NCBI GenBank assembly: GCA_964493175.1
Contig: CAZBMU010000002.1
Span: forward strand, 1-37,645
DNA: 37,645 nucleotides
Reading direction: 5' to 3'
Origin: an uncultured Clostridium sp.
GTDB lineage: Bacteria > Bacillota > Clostridia > TANB77 > CAG-508
The notes under the pieces are model-generated. The model was not told the DNA's origin. It saw only the letters and a program-made list of their open reading frames with translations, and made no database searches. The position numbers and the translations under genes were made by a program. This document shows positions 18,186 through 26,297 of the stretch, in pieces (the first letter of the stretch is position 1; each line of letters opens with the position of its first letter).

Positions 18186-18261
18186 TGGTGTACCCAGAGG
18201 GACTCGAACCCCCATCTTCCGCTTAGGAGGCGGGTGCTCTATCCTGCTGAGCTATGGGTAC
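18186..18261 (-). tRNA. tRNA-Arg (anticodon CCU, reads AGG).
   Basis: I folded a 76-nt cloverleaf by hand: acceptor GUACCCA/UGGGUAC, D arm GCUC/GAGC, anticodon loop CUCCUAA, T arm GGGGG-UUCGAGU-CCCUC, and an encoded CCA. Confidence 0.85.
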
Positions 18262-18345
18262 ATACTTTTAATTATATTACTCTATTTTTAGCCTTTTGTC
18301 AATTATTGCTTGACAAAGTCTGTTATAATATAATTGGTGATTAAA

Positions 18346-19086
18346 ATGCAAAAAATATTAAGTCATATGAGAAAAGCAATTGAAGAATATAAAATGATAG
18401 AAGAAGGAGATAAAATAGCAATATGTCTTTCTGGAGGAAAAGACTCTATAACTATGCTTTATGGATTTAAAGCTTTACAAAGATTTTATCCAAAAAAATT
18501 TGATATTATAGCAATAAGTATAAATCCTGGATTTGATTTTTTTGATTGTAATTTATTACAAAATATATGTGATACTGTTGGAGTACCTCTTTTTATTGAA
18601 GATAGCAATGCAAAAGAAATTGTTTTTGATATAAGAAAGGAAAAAAATCCATGTTCTTTATGTGCAAATTTGCGTAGGGGAATTATTAATTCTATTGCTA
18701 TTAGAGAAGGTTGTAACAAAATAGCTCTTGGACATAATCAAGATGATGTTTTAGAAACTTTTTTACTTAATTTATTTTATGCTGGTAATATTGGGCTCTT
18801 TTCTCCAGTAAGTTATATGGACCGCTCTAAGATAACTTTAATTAGACCTTTAGTTTATACAACTGAAAAGGATACTAAAGGATTTATTAGAAGGAATAAT
18901 TTATCTGTAATGCCTAAAGTTTGCCCTATGGATGGTACTTCTAAAAGAGAAGATATGAAAAATTTAATTATTGATTTAACTAAAAAAATTCCAAGGGTTC
19001 GTGCAAATCTCTTTGGTGCAATTCAAAGAAATTTTGAAAATTGGCACCCAAAAGAGAATTATGTAGGGAACCAAGTAATGAAATAA
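18346..19086 (+). CDS. ttcA: TtcA-like PP-loop ATPase (tRNA 2-thiocytidine biosynthesis family).
   Basis: PP-loop CLSGGKDS, CSLCANLRRG, and ALGHNQDDVLETFLLNLFY. The ATG at 18346 follows GGTGA; the ORF track starts at a TTG at 18334. Confidence 0.8.
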   Translation: MQKILSHMRKAIEEYKMIEEGDKIAICLSGGKDSITMLYGFKALQRFYPKKFDIIAISINPGFDFFDCNLLQNICDTVGVPLFIEDSNAKEIVFDIRKEKNPCSLCANLRRGIINSIAIREGCNKIALGHNQDDVLETFLLNLFYAGNIGLFSPVSYMDRSKITLIRPLVYTTEKDTKGFIRRNNLSVMPKVCPMDGTSKREDMKNLIIDLTKKIPRVRANLFGAIQRNFENWHPKENYVGNQVMK

Positions 19087-19090
19087 AAAA

Positions 19091-19138
19091 TAAGGGGACA
19101 CTACCCTGGCAAAGTTACCAAGGGGTGTCCCCGAATCC
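19091..19138. terminator. GC-rich palindromic element acting as a bidirectional terminator between convergent genes (copy 2 of the dispersed family).
   Basis: taaggggacactaccctgg ... ccaaggggtgtccccgaatcc aligns position for position with 11406-11453. Confidence 0.7.
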
Positions 19139-19164
19139 CTAAAAGAGGAAAAAAATATCCGTTC

Positions 19165-20895
19165 CTAATTTCCTTCTACAGTTTTAGTCATTGCTTGTTT
19201 TAATTTTTCAAGTTTTTCATTTGCTTCTTCATCTGATGAACCTTTAACTCCCATATATAATTTGATTTTAGGTTCTGTTCCAGAAGGTCTAACACAACAC
19301 CAACTTTCATCTTCTAATTCATAATATAAAACATTAGATTTTGGTAAATTTGTGCTTTTTTCTTCTCCTGTCACCATATTTTTTACAATATCTTTTTCTA
19401 TATCTTTAAACTCTAATACTTTATTTTCTCCTATTTTTTCAATATTAGCATTTCTCATATTAGTCATCATTTCTTTTATTTTTTCTGCTCCGCTACTTCC
19501 TTCTAATACAATTGATACTTGAGTTTCTTTATAATAGCCATATTTTTCATAAATGTCTTTCATTGCATCCCATAATGTTTTTTCTTTTGAGCGATAATAA
19601 CATGCCGCTTCACAAAGTGCCATAACCGCAGCTATTCCATCTTTATCTCTTGCATAATCTCCGATTAAACATCCATAACTTTCTTCAAATCCAAATACAT
19701 AAGTTTTATCTTTATTTTCATCTGCCTCTCTCATAACTGCACCTATATTTTTAAAACCTGTTAGCACTTCTATACATTCAAGATTATAATATTTTGAAAT
19801 TGCTTTTGCTAATTCTGATGACACAACTGTTGTTATAAACATTCCATCCTTAGGTAAAATTCCTTTTTCCTTCATTTGAGATATTCTATATTCTGCAATT
19901 AATAATGCTGACATATTTCCTGTATATTCCATATACTCTCCAGTAACACTATCTTTTGCATAAATTCCTAATCTGTCAGCATCTGGGTCAGTTGCTAAAA
20001 CAATATCTGCGTCTATTTTATTTGCTAATTCTAATGCTAATTTAAAAGCTCTTTTATCTTCTGGATTTGGATAATCAACTGTTGGGAAATTGCCATCTGG
20101 TTCTTTTTGTTCTGGAACCACATATACTTTTTCTAATCCAATTTCATTTAAAAGTCTTTCAGCTACTGTATTTCCTGTACCATGTAAAGGAGTATATACA
20201 ATTTTTAATTCTTTTCCATATTTTTTTACTAATTCTGGATTTAGTATTTTACTTTTTAAAGTTTCAATGTACTTATCATCCATTTCTTTTCCAATTATAT
20301 TAAATAACCCTTGTTCTTCTGCTCTTTCTTTTGAAATTACTTTAATTTCATTAAAACTTTTTATCTCTCTTACTTTAGCAATTATATCTTTGTCTGTTGG
20401 GCTAACTATTTGAGCTCCATCATCCCAATAAACCTTATAACCATTATATTTTGGAGGATTATGGCTTGCAGTTATCATTACTCCTGCTGTACATCCTAAT
20501 TCTCTAACAGCAAATGATAATTCAGGAACTGGTCTTAATCCTTCAAATAAATATGTTTTTATTCCGTTAGCATTTAAAATTAATGCTGTTTGAAGACTAA
20601 ATTCCTTAGACATTCTTCTAGAATCGTAACTAATTGCTACGCCTTTATTTTGTGTTTCTTGTTCTATAATGTAATTTGCTAACCCTTGAGTTGCTTTTCC
20701 TACAGTATATTTATTCATTCTGTTTGTTCCAGCACCAATTATTCCACGAAGTCCAGCCGTTCCAAATTCTAATTCTTTATAAAATCTGTCTTCAATTTCT
20801 GTCATATCATCTTTTATTGCAATTAATTCTTTTTTTGTTTCTTCATCAAATTCTGGACTTTCACACCATTTTTTAAATTCATCTAAATAATCCAT
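19165..20895 (-). CDS. Phosphoglucomutase / phospho-sugar mutase (alpha-D-phosphohexomutase family).
   Basis: Active-site TASHNPPKYNGYK, metal loop DPDADRLG, and GFEESYG. 576 aa. Confidence 0.9.
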   Translation of the reverse strand: MDYLDEFKKWCESPEFDEETKKELIAIKDDMTEIEDRFYKELEFGTAGLRGIIGAGTNRMNKYTVGKATQGLANYIIEQETQNKGVAISYDSRRMSKEFSLQTALILNANGIKTYLFEGLRPVPELSFAVRELGCTAGVMITASHNPPKYNGYKVYWDDGAQIVSPTDKDIIAKVREIKSFNEIKVISKERAEEQGLFNIIGKEMDDKYIETLKSKILNPELVKKYGKELKIVYTPLHGTGNTVAERLLNEIGLEKVYVVPEQKEPDGNFPTVDYPNPEDKRAFKLALELANKIDADIVLATDPDADRLGIYAKDSVTGEYMEYTGNMSALLIAEYRISQMKEKGILPKDGMFITTVVSSELAKAISKYYNLECIEVLTGFKNIGAVMREADENKDKTYVFGFEESYGCLIGDYARDKDGIAAVMALCEAACYYRSKEKTLWDAMKDIYEKYGYYKETQVSIVLEGSSGAEKIKEMMTNMRNANIEKIGENKVLEFKDIEKDIVKNMVTGEEKSTNLPKSNVLYYELEDESWCCVRPSGTEPKIKLYMGVKGSSDEEANEKLEKLKQAMTKTVEGN

Positions 20896-20932
20896 TTAAA
20901 TTCTCCCCTCTGGTTGAGTTCTATTAAAATAA

Positions 20933-22183
20933 TTATCTTAATTTATAAAACTTTTCATACAATTCTCTTGCAGTTTTAGGGCAATCTACTCCAGCTGAGT
21001 CTGCATTTTTTACTGGTGCAAATTCTTCTTCTCTTTTTACACGAAGTACTGCCATTTCATCTACTTCTCCAAAAGCATCAAATAAAAATGCTTCAAATTT
21101 ATATGCATTTGGTGAATCTGGCACTACAATATTTCCATTTTTATCTATATAGGTTGCCTTTTTATATGCAACATGGTATGGTAATGGTTTGGCTCCCATT
21201 CTCTCAACTGCATCCACACTAAATAAATTACATAAAATATGTGATTCTCCATATAGTAGTTCTCCATTTTTATCTGTTGATTCTGCCATTTCATCTGTTA
21301 TTTCCGTATATTCTATAACATTAGGCTTTCCGTTTTTTTTGCAAAATACTCCTACTTTCTCTTTAGGATTTGCTTTTACAACAGATTTACATGCTACTGT
21401 TACTTTTTTATCTATTGCTACTCCCATAAGTACAGGGTCAACCATTTTTACTAAACAATTATCTACTCCACCTATAAATACCCATTTTATGCCCATTTCC
21501 TTCATTTTTTTAGTCATTCCTGTTTTTACAAGTGACTCATAAATTCCTCCATGACCATCTGCTGCTAATTTAATTAAACCATCTTCACCAATTAAAATTT
21601 TTCCTTCTGTATCCATCATTGGTAATTCACCTTGAATAAAAAAGAAAATATTTTTATCTTTTTGATATCCAAAGAATTTATTTTTTTCGAAAAATTCTAT
21701 TGTTTCCTTATTATTTTCTCTACTAGTCATAATAAACCATGGTATTGTGACTCCATATTTTTTTCCTTCTTCTTTTAAATTATCGCATAATAATTCAAAT
21801 AATGATTTATGTGATGCAAGTCCAATATCATATGTGCCTTTTGGACCTGTGTGTCCTAATCTTGTACCCTGTCCACCTGCCATTGTAACAGCTGCTAGTT
21901 GGCCCTCTTTTATTGCTTTTTTTCCTATAGTTTCATAATATTTATATTCATCTTTTAATTTATATTTATCTAAATATTCAATTGGAGTAATTTCTTCTTT
22001 GCCTTTTTTTTCTTCTTGTTTTGTTGTATTATATAAACTATTCATAAGTTCAAAATCTATTTTATTGATTTCATCTAGTAAAAGTTTTTTTTGCTTTTCT
22101 TCTAAATTTTCATAATAGTTTAATAAATGCTCTTGTCCATATTTTTTTAAAATGATTTTAATATTTTCTATTTCTGTATTCAT
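20933..22183 (-). CDS. UDP-sugar / UDP-N-acetylhexosamine pyrophosphorylase (UDPGP family).
   Basis: LAAVTMAGGQGTRLGHTGPKGTYDIG and ADGHGG are UDPGP-type motifs. The gene is adjacent to the phosphohexomutase. Confidence 0.8.
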   Translation of the reverse strand: MNTEIENIKIILKKYGQEHLLNYYENLEEKQKKLLLDEINKIDFELMNSLYNTTKQEEKKGKEEITPIEYLDKYKLKDEYKYYETIGKKAIKEGQLAAVTMAGGQGTRLGHTGPKGTYDIGLASHKSLFELLCDNLKEEGKKYGVTIPWFIMTSRENNKETIEFFEKNKFFGYQKDKNIFFFIQGELPMMDTEGKILIGEDGLIKLAADGHGGIYESLVKTGMTKKMKEMGIKWVFIGGVDNCLVKMVDPVLMGVAIDKKVTVACKSVVKANPKEKVGVFCKKNGKPNVIEYTEITDEMAESTDKNGELLYGESHILCNLFSVDAVERMGAKPLPYHVAYKKATYIDKNGNIVVPDSPNAYKFEAFLFDAFGEVDEMAVLRVKREEEFAPVKNADSAGVDCPKTARELYEKFYKLR

Positions 22184-22256
22184 AAAAAAACTCCTTTAGC
22201 TTAAAAGTATTAACAATATATATATATACCATTTTAAATAAAATATCAACCTTTTT

Positions 22257-22721
22257 TTATATTTTTTCTATTTCTTTTTCTCCCGTAGTGTTTAAAACTG
22301 TTTTATAATTCTTAGCAATATCATGAAATTCATTTGAAATTTCCTCTATATTATAACAATCAATTATTTTTATTTTTTTATTCTTAATTATTTTTTCTAT
22401 TTTTTGATTTGTTTCATTTATATAATTTTTTTCTCCTTTTATAAAAATTATTAAATCATTATTATCTTTTATTTTATTTAATTTTTTTTCATTATCATTT
22501 TTCCAATTTATTTTAAATAATTTTTCTTTTTTCTCTTTTTTTAAATTTATTTTATTTATTTATTCTTTTTTAATTTCTTCTAAATTATTTTCTGTTAAAA
22601 TAATTATTTTTTTATTTTTTTCTAGATTTTTTTCTATATATGGTAAAATTATCATTTCAAAATGATAATCACTTGCATAAAAGCTACATATTTTTTCTTT
22701 TGATTCTTTAATTCCATTCAT
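22257..22721 (-). CDS. Hypothetical protein interrupted by one in-frame TAA (22560-22562). It is absent from the ORF track because both halves fail its filters.
   Basis: RBS AAAGGAG lies 9 nt before the ATG at 22721. Hand translation gives MNGIKESKEKICSFYASDYHFEMIILPYIEKNLEKNKKIIILTENNLEEIKKE-TAA-INKINLKKEKKEKLFKINWKND...AKNYKTVLNTTGEKEIEKI, all in the same frame. Confidence 0.5.
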
Positions 22722-22859
22722 TTAAATTTCGCTCCTTTTCCAAACAAAACTTACGGATTTACTGTTTTTTCTCTTATTGTTTTCTGGTAAATTTTACCAT
22801 TTTATTTCAAATATGTCAATATTATTTCAAATAAAATTTATCGACATTTTTTTTATTTT

Positions 22860-22889
22860 GTATATTTTTTTTTGCATTTGGAAATAATT
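22860..22889 (+). promoter_or_regulatory. Sigma-F-type forespore promoter upstream of spoIIR.
   Basis: GTATA (22860-22864), a 15-nt spacer, then GGAAATAATT (22880-22889). This fits the GYATA-15-GGnRAnAnTW pattern as I recall it. spoIIR is a sigma-F regulon gene in Bacillus. Confidence 0.45.
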
Positions 22890-22933
22890 AAATTAAAGAA
22901 TATTTTTGAAAAAAAGTTTTTTGGAGGTAACTA

Positions 22934-23575
22934 ATGAAAATTAAAATAAATATGGTAATAATTTTATTATTATTATTTTTTTTATATTTTTGTGTATCAG
23001 CTTTTTCTTATGCGAAAAATATATCTACTGATATATCAGAAAATGTTTTTAGGCTACATGTAATAGCAAATAGTGATAATAGTTATGACCAACAATTAAA
23101 ATATAAAGTACGTGATAATTTGTTAAAATATATGAATGAAATTTGTGTTAATTGTAAAAATAAAAATGATGCCATTTCTGTAGTAAAAGCAAATAAAAAT
23201 ACTTTTGAACAAATAGCTATTGAAACAATAAGAAACGAAGGATACTCATATCCCGTAAATATTAATATTGGTAATTTTGAATTTCCAACAAAAAAATATG
23301 GTGATATTTCCCTTCCTGCAGGTTTATATGATGCATTAAGAGTTGAAATAGGTGAAGCAAAAGGTCAAAATTGGTGGTGTGTTATGTTTCCTCCATTATG
23401 TTTTGTTGATATTACTTCTGGTATAGTACCAAATGATTCAAAATCCATTTTAAAAGAAAATTTATCAGAAGAAGAATTTGCTTTAATTTCTGAAAAATCC
23501 AATTCTGAAATTCAGTTTAAATTTAAAATATTAGAGTTATTTAATGAAAATGGATTATTTACAGCAAAAAATTAA
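22934..23575 (+). CDS. spoIIR: Stage II sporulation protein R.
   Basis: A signal peptide is followed by FRLHVIANSDNSYDQQLKYKVRDNLL and NWWCVMFPPLCF, the SpoIIR hallmarks. Confidence 0.9.
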   Translation: MKIKINMVIILLLLFFLYFCVSAFSYAKNISTDISENVFRLHVIANSDNSYDQQLKYKVRDNLLKYMNEICVNCKNKNDAISVVKANKNTFEQIAIETIRNEGYSYPVNINIGNFEFPTKKYGDISLPAGLYDALRVEIGEAKGQNWWCVMFPPLCFVDITSGIVPNDSKSILKENLSEEEFALISEKSNSEIQFKFKILELFNENGLFTAKN

Positions 23576-23630
23576 TTATATATAAATAGTTGCAATAGTT
23601 CAAACTTTATGTTATATTAATTAAGTAAAT

Positions 23631-23661
23631 AGAGTGTAAATTATTATACACTCTGTTTTTT
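23631..23661 (+). terminator. Intrinsic terminator after spoIIR.
   Basis: Stem agagtgta/tacactct with an 8-nt loop, followed by gtttttt. Confidence 0.7.
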
Positions 23662-23695
23662 ATAGCGGATTAAAAAGTGATGGGGTGAAATATAA

Positions 23696-24955
23696 TTGGA
23701 GAAATTAGTAATAACAGGACCTACACCTTTAAAAGGTGAAATAGAAATAAATGGAGCAAAAAATGCAGCTGTAGCTATACTTCCTGCAACACTTTTAATA
23801 GATGGAATTTGCACAATTGATAATTTACCAAATATAAGTGATATAAAAATCTCTTGTGAAATATTAGAAAAATTAGGTGCAAAAATTGTTTGGAACAACA
23901 ATAATAGTATAACTGTAGATACTAGAAATATAACAACTACTAAAGCTCCTCTTGATTTAACTAGTAAATTTAGAGCTTCTTATTATGTTATAGGTAGTAT
24001 GCTTGGAAGAATGGGTGAAATTGAAGTTGGTATGCCAGGTGGTTGCAAATTAGGTGCAAGACCTATTGACCAACATATTAAAGGTTTTGAACTTCTAGGA
24101 GCAAATGTAACTGTTGAAAAGGGAACTATTTATGCAAAAGCAAATAAATTAGAAGGAACAAATATTTATATGGATATTGTTTCTGTTGGAGCTACAATTA
24201 ATGTTATGTTATCTGCAGTACTTGCAAAAGGAACAACAACTATTGACAATGCTGCAAAAGAACCTCATATTGTTGATGTTGCCAATTTTTTAAATACAAT
24301 GGGCGCAGATATCAGAGGTGCAGGAACAGATGTTATAAAAATAAATGGTGTAGATAAATTGTCTGGAAATGCAAATTATTCTGTTGTACCAGATCAAATC
24401 GAAGCTGGAACTTTTATGTTGGCAGCTGTTGCAACAAAAGGTGATATAACTTTAAAAAATTGTATTACAAAACATTTAGAATCTATCACTGCAAAAATAA
24501 TTGAAGTTGGTGGAAATATTGAAGATAATGGAGATAGTATTAGAGTTTGGTGTAATAATAGACCTAACAAAGCTAATATTAAAACTTTGCCTTATCCAGG
24601 TTTTCCAACAGATTTACAACCTCAAATGGGTGTTGTATTATCTTTAGCTGATGGTACAAGTACAATAAATGAAAGTATTTGGGAATCTAGATTTCAATAT
24701 ACAGAAGAATTAAATAAAATGGGAGCCAAAATTACAGCACAAGGTAAAATCGCCTTTTTTGAAGGAGTAGAAAAATTATATGGTGCACCTGTGTATTCTT
24801 CTGATTTAAGAGCAGGAGCTGCTCTAGTAGTAGCTGGTACTGCAGCTGAAGGTGTTACAGAAGTTTATAATTTAGAACATATTGACAGAGGATATGAAAA
24901 TATAGAAGAGAAGTTTAAAAAATTAGGAGCAAAAATCGAAAGAATTAAAGAATAG
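23696..24955 (+). CDS. murA: UDP-N-acetylglucosamine 1-carboxyvinyltransferase.
   Basis: TTG start after GGGGTGA. LKGEIEINGAKNAAVAILPA, the catalytic-loop motif GGCKLGARPIDQH, and 419 aa. Confidence 0.9.
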   Translation: MEKLVITGPTPLKGEIEINGAKNAAVAILPATLLIDGICTIDNLPNISDIKISCEILEKLGAKIVWNNNNSITVDTRNITTTKAPLDLTSKFRASYYVIGSMLGRMGEIEVGMPGGCKLGARPIDQHIKGFELLGANVTVEKGTIYAKANKLEGTNIYMDIVSVGATINVMLSAVLAKGTTTIDNAAKEPHIVDVANFLNTMGADIRGAGTDVIKINGVDKLSGNANYSVVPDQIEAGTFMLAAVATKGDITLKNCITKHLESITAKIIEVGGNIEDNGDSIRVWCNNRPNKANIKTLPYPGFPTDLQPQMGVVLSLADGTSTINESIWESRFQYTEELNKMGAKITAQGKIAFFEGVEKLYGAPVYSSDLRAGAALVVAGTAAEGVTEVYNLEHIDRGYENIEEKFKKLGAKIERIKE

Positions 24956-24970
24956 CAAAGGAAGAAAAAA

Positions 24971-25759
24971 ATGTTTAATTTTTGTAGTTTATATAGTGGA
25001 AGTAGCGGAAATAGCCTTTTGGTAGAAAGCGAAAACACTAAAATTTTAATTGATAGTGGGGTTAGCTGTAAAAAAATAGAAAATGCATTAAATGATATTA
25101 ATATTAATCCTTCATCTATAGATGCTATTTTAGTAACACATGAACATTCTGACCATGTTCAATCACTTGGAACTCTTTCTAGAAAATTTGATTTACCTGT
25201 TTTTGTTAATCAGGAAACTTTAGATGCTATGCCACTGCAAAGAGATAAAATACCTGAAAAAAATATAAAAAAATTCAAAATTTCTGATAAATTTGAAATT
25301 GGAGATTTAAAAATAAATCCTTTTTCTATACCACATGATGCAGCAAATCCTTGTGGTTTCAATATTTATAAAGATGATAAAAAAATAAGTATAGCAACAG
25401 ATATTGGTGATATGACAAAAAGTGTTTTAAAAAATTTAGAAGAAAGTTTCTTTATAATGTTAGAAGCTAATTATGACCCTGAAGTTTTAAAAGCTTCTCC
25501 TTATCCATTTTCACTAAAAAGTAGGATAGCTGGAAAATTAGGTCATTTACCTAATGAAACAGCCGGAAAAACAATTTCTCATCTTTTAAAATCTGGCCTA
25601 AAAAGTGCTATGCTTGGCCATTTAAGTAAAGAAAACAATTTTCCAGAACTAGCTTACCAAACTGTAGTTAATGAATTAATTTCTAACAATTATAATGAGA
25701 ATAGCTTATCTCTTGGTGTTGCATCTAGAGATGTACATAGTAAAATAATTAAAATATAG
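24971..25759 (+). CDS. MBL-fold metallo-hydrolase, YycJ/WalJ-like.
   Basis: The HEHSDH motif is present, the protein is 262 aa, and the gene lies upstream of rlmH as in Bacillus. Confidence 0.8.
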   Translation: MFNFCSLYSGSSGNSLLVESENTKILIDSGVSCKKIENALNDININPSSIDAILVTHEHSDHVQSLGTLSRKFDLPVFVNQETLDAMPLQRDKIPEKNIKKFKISDKFEIGDLKINPFSIPHDAANPCGFNIYKDDKKISIATDIGDMTKSVLKNLEESFFIMLEANYDPEVLKASPYPFSLKSRIAGKLGHLPNETAGKTISHLLKSGLKSAMLGHLSKENNFPELAYQTVVNELISNNYNENSLSLGVASRDVHSKIIKI

Positions 25760-25768
25760 GAGTAAAAA

Positions 25769-26248
25769 ATGCTAAATATAAATATAATTTGCATTGGAAA
25801 ACTTAAAGAAAAATATTTAAAAGACGCTATTTTGGAATATAGCAAAAGGTTATCAAGATTTTGTAAACTAAATATTTTAGAACTTTCTGACGAGAAAATA
25901 CCTGATAAACTAAATAATAATATTGAAAATGAAATAAAATATAAAGAATGTACAAATATTATTAATCATTTAAAAAAAGATTCTTACATAATTGCTTTAG
26001 ATTTAAAAGGCAAAGAATTTACTTCTGAAAAATTTTCTGAAAAAATAGAAAATTTATCTATGGAAAATAGTAATTTAACTTTTATTATTGGTGGTTCTTT
26101 AGGTTTAACTGATGAATTATTAAATATTTGTAATTTAAAAATTTGTTTTTCTAAAATGACTTTTCCTCACCAATTAATTAGAGTATTTTTACTAGAACAA
26201 TTATTTAGAGCTTTTAAAATTCAACATAATGAATCTTATCACAAGTAA
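25769..26248 (+). CDS. rlmH: 23S rRNA (pseudouridine1915-N3)-methyltransferase.
   Basis: SPOUT fold, 159 aa, with IIGGSLGL and PHQLIRVFLLEQLFRAF. Confidence 0.9.
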   Translation: MLNINIICIGKLKEKYLKDAILEYSKRLSRFCKLNILELSDEKIPDKLNNNIENEIKYKECTNIINHLKKDSYIIALDLKGKEFTSEKFSEKIENLSMENSNLTFIIGGSLGLTDELLNICNLKICFSKMTFPHQLIRVFLLEQLFRAFKIQHNESYHK

Positions 26249-26264
26249 TTTATTAGTTTTTTAT

Positions 26265-26297
26265 TGTAGGGAAAAATTAATTTTTCCCTACATTTTT
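26265..26297. terminator. Bidirectional intrinsic terminator between rlmH and the C39-like gene.
   Basis: Perfect 14+14 palindrome tgtagggaaaaatt/aatttttccctaca followed by a T-run. Confidence 0.75.
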
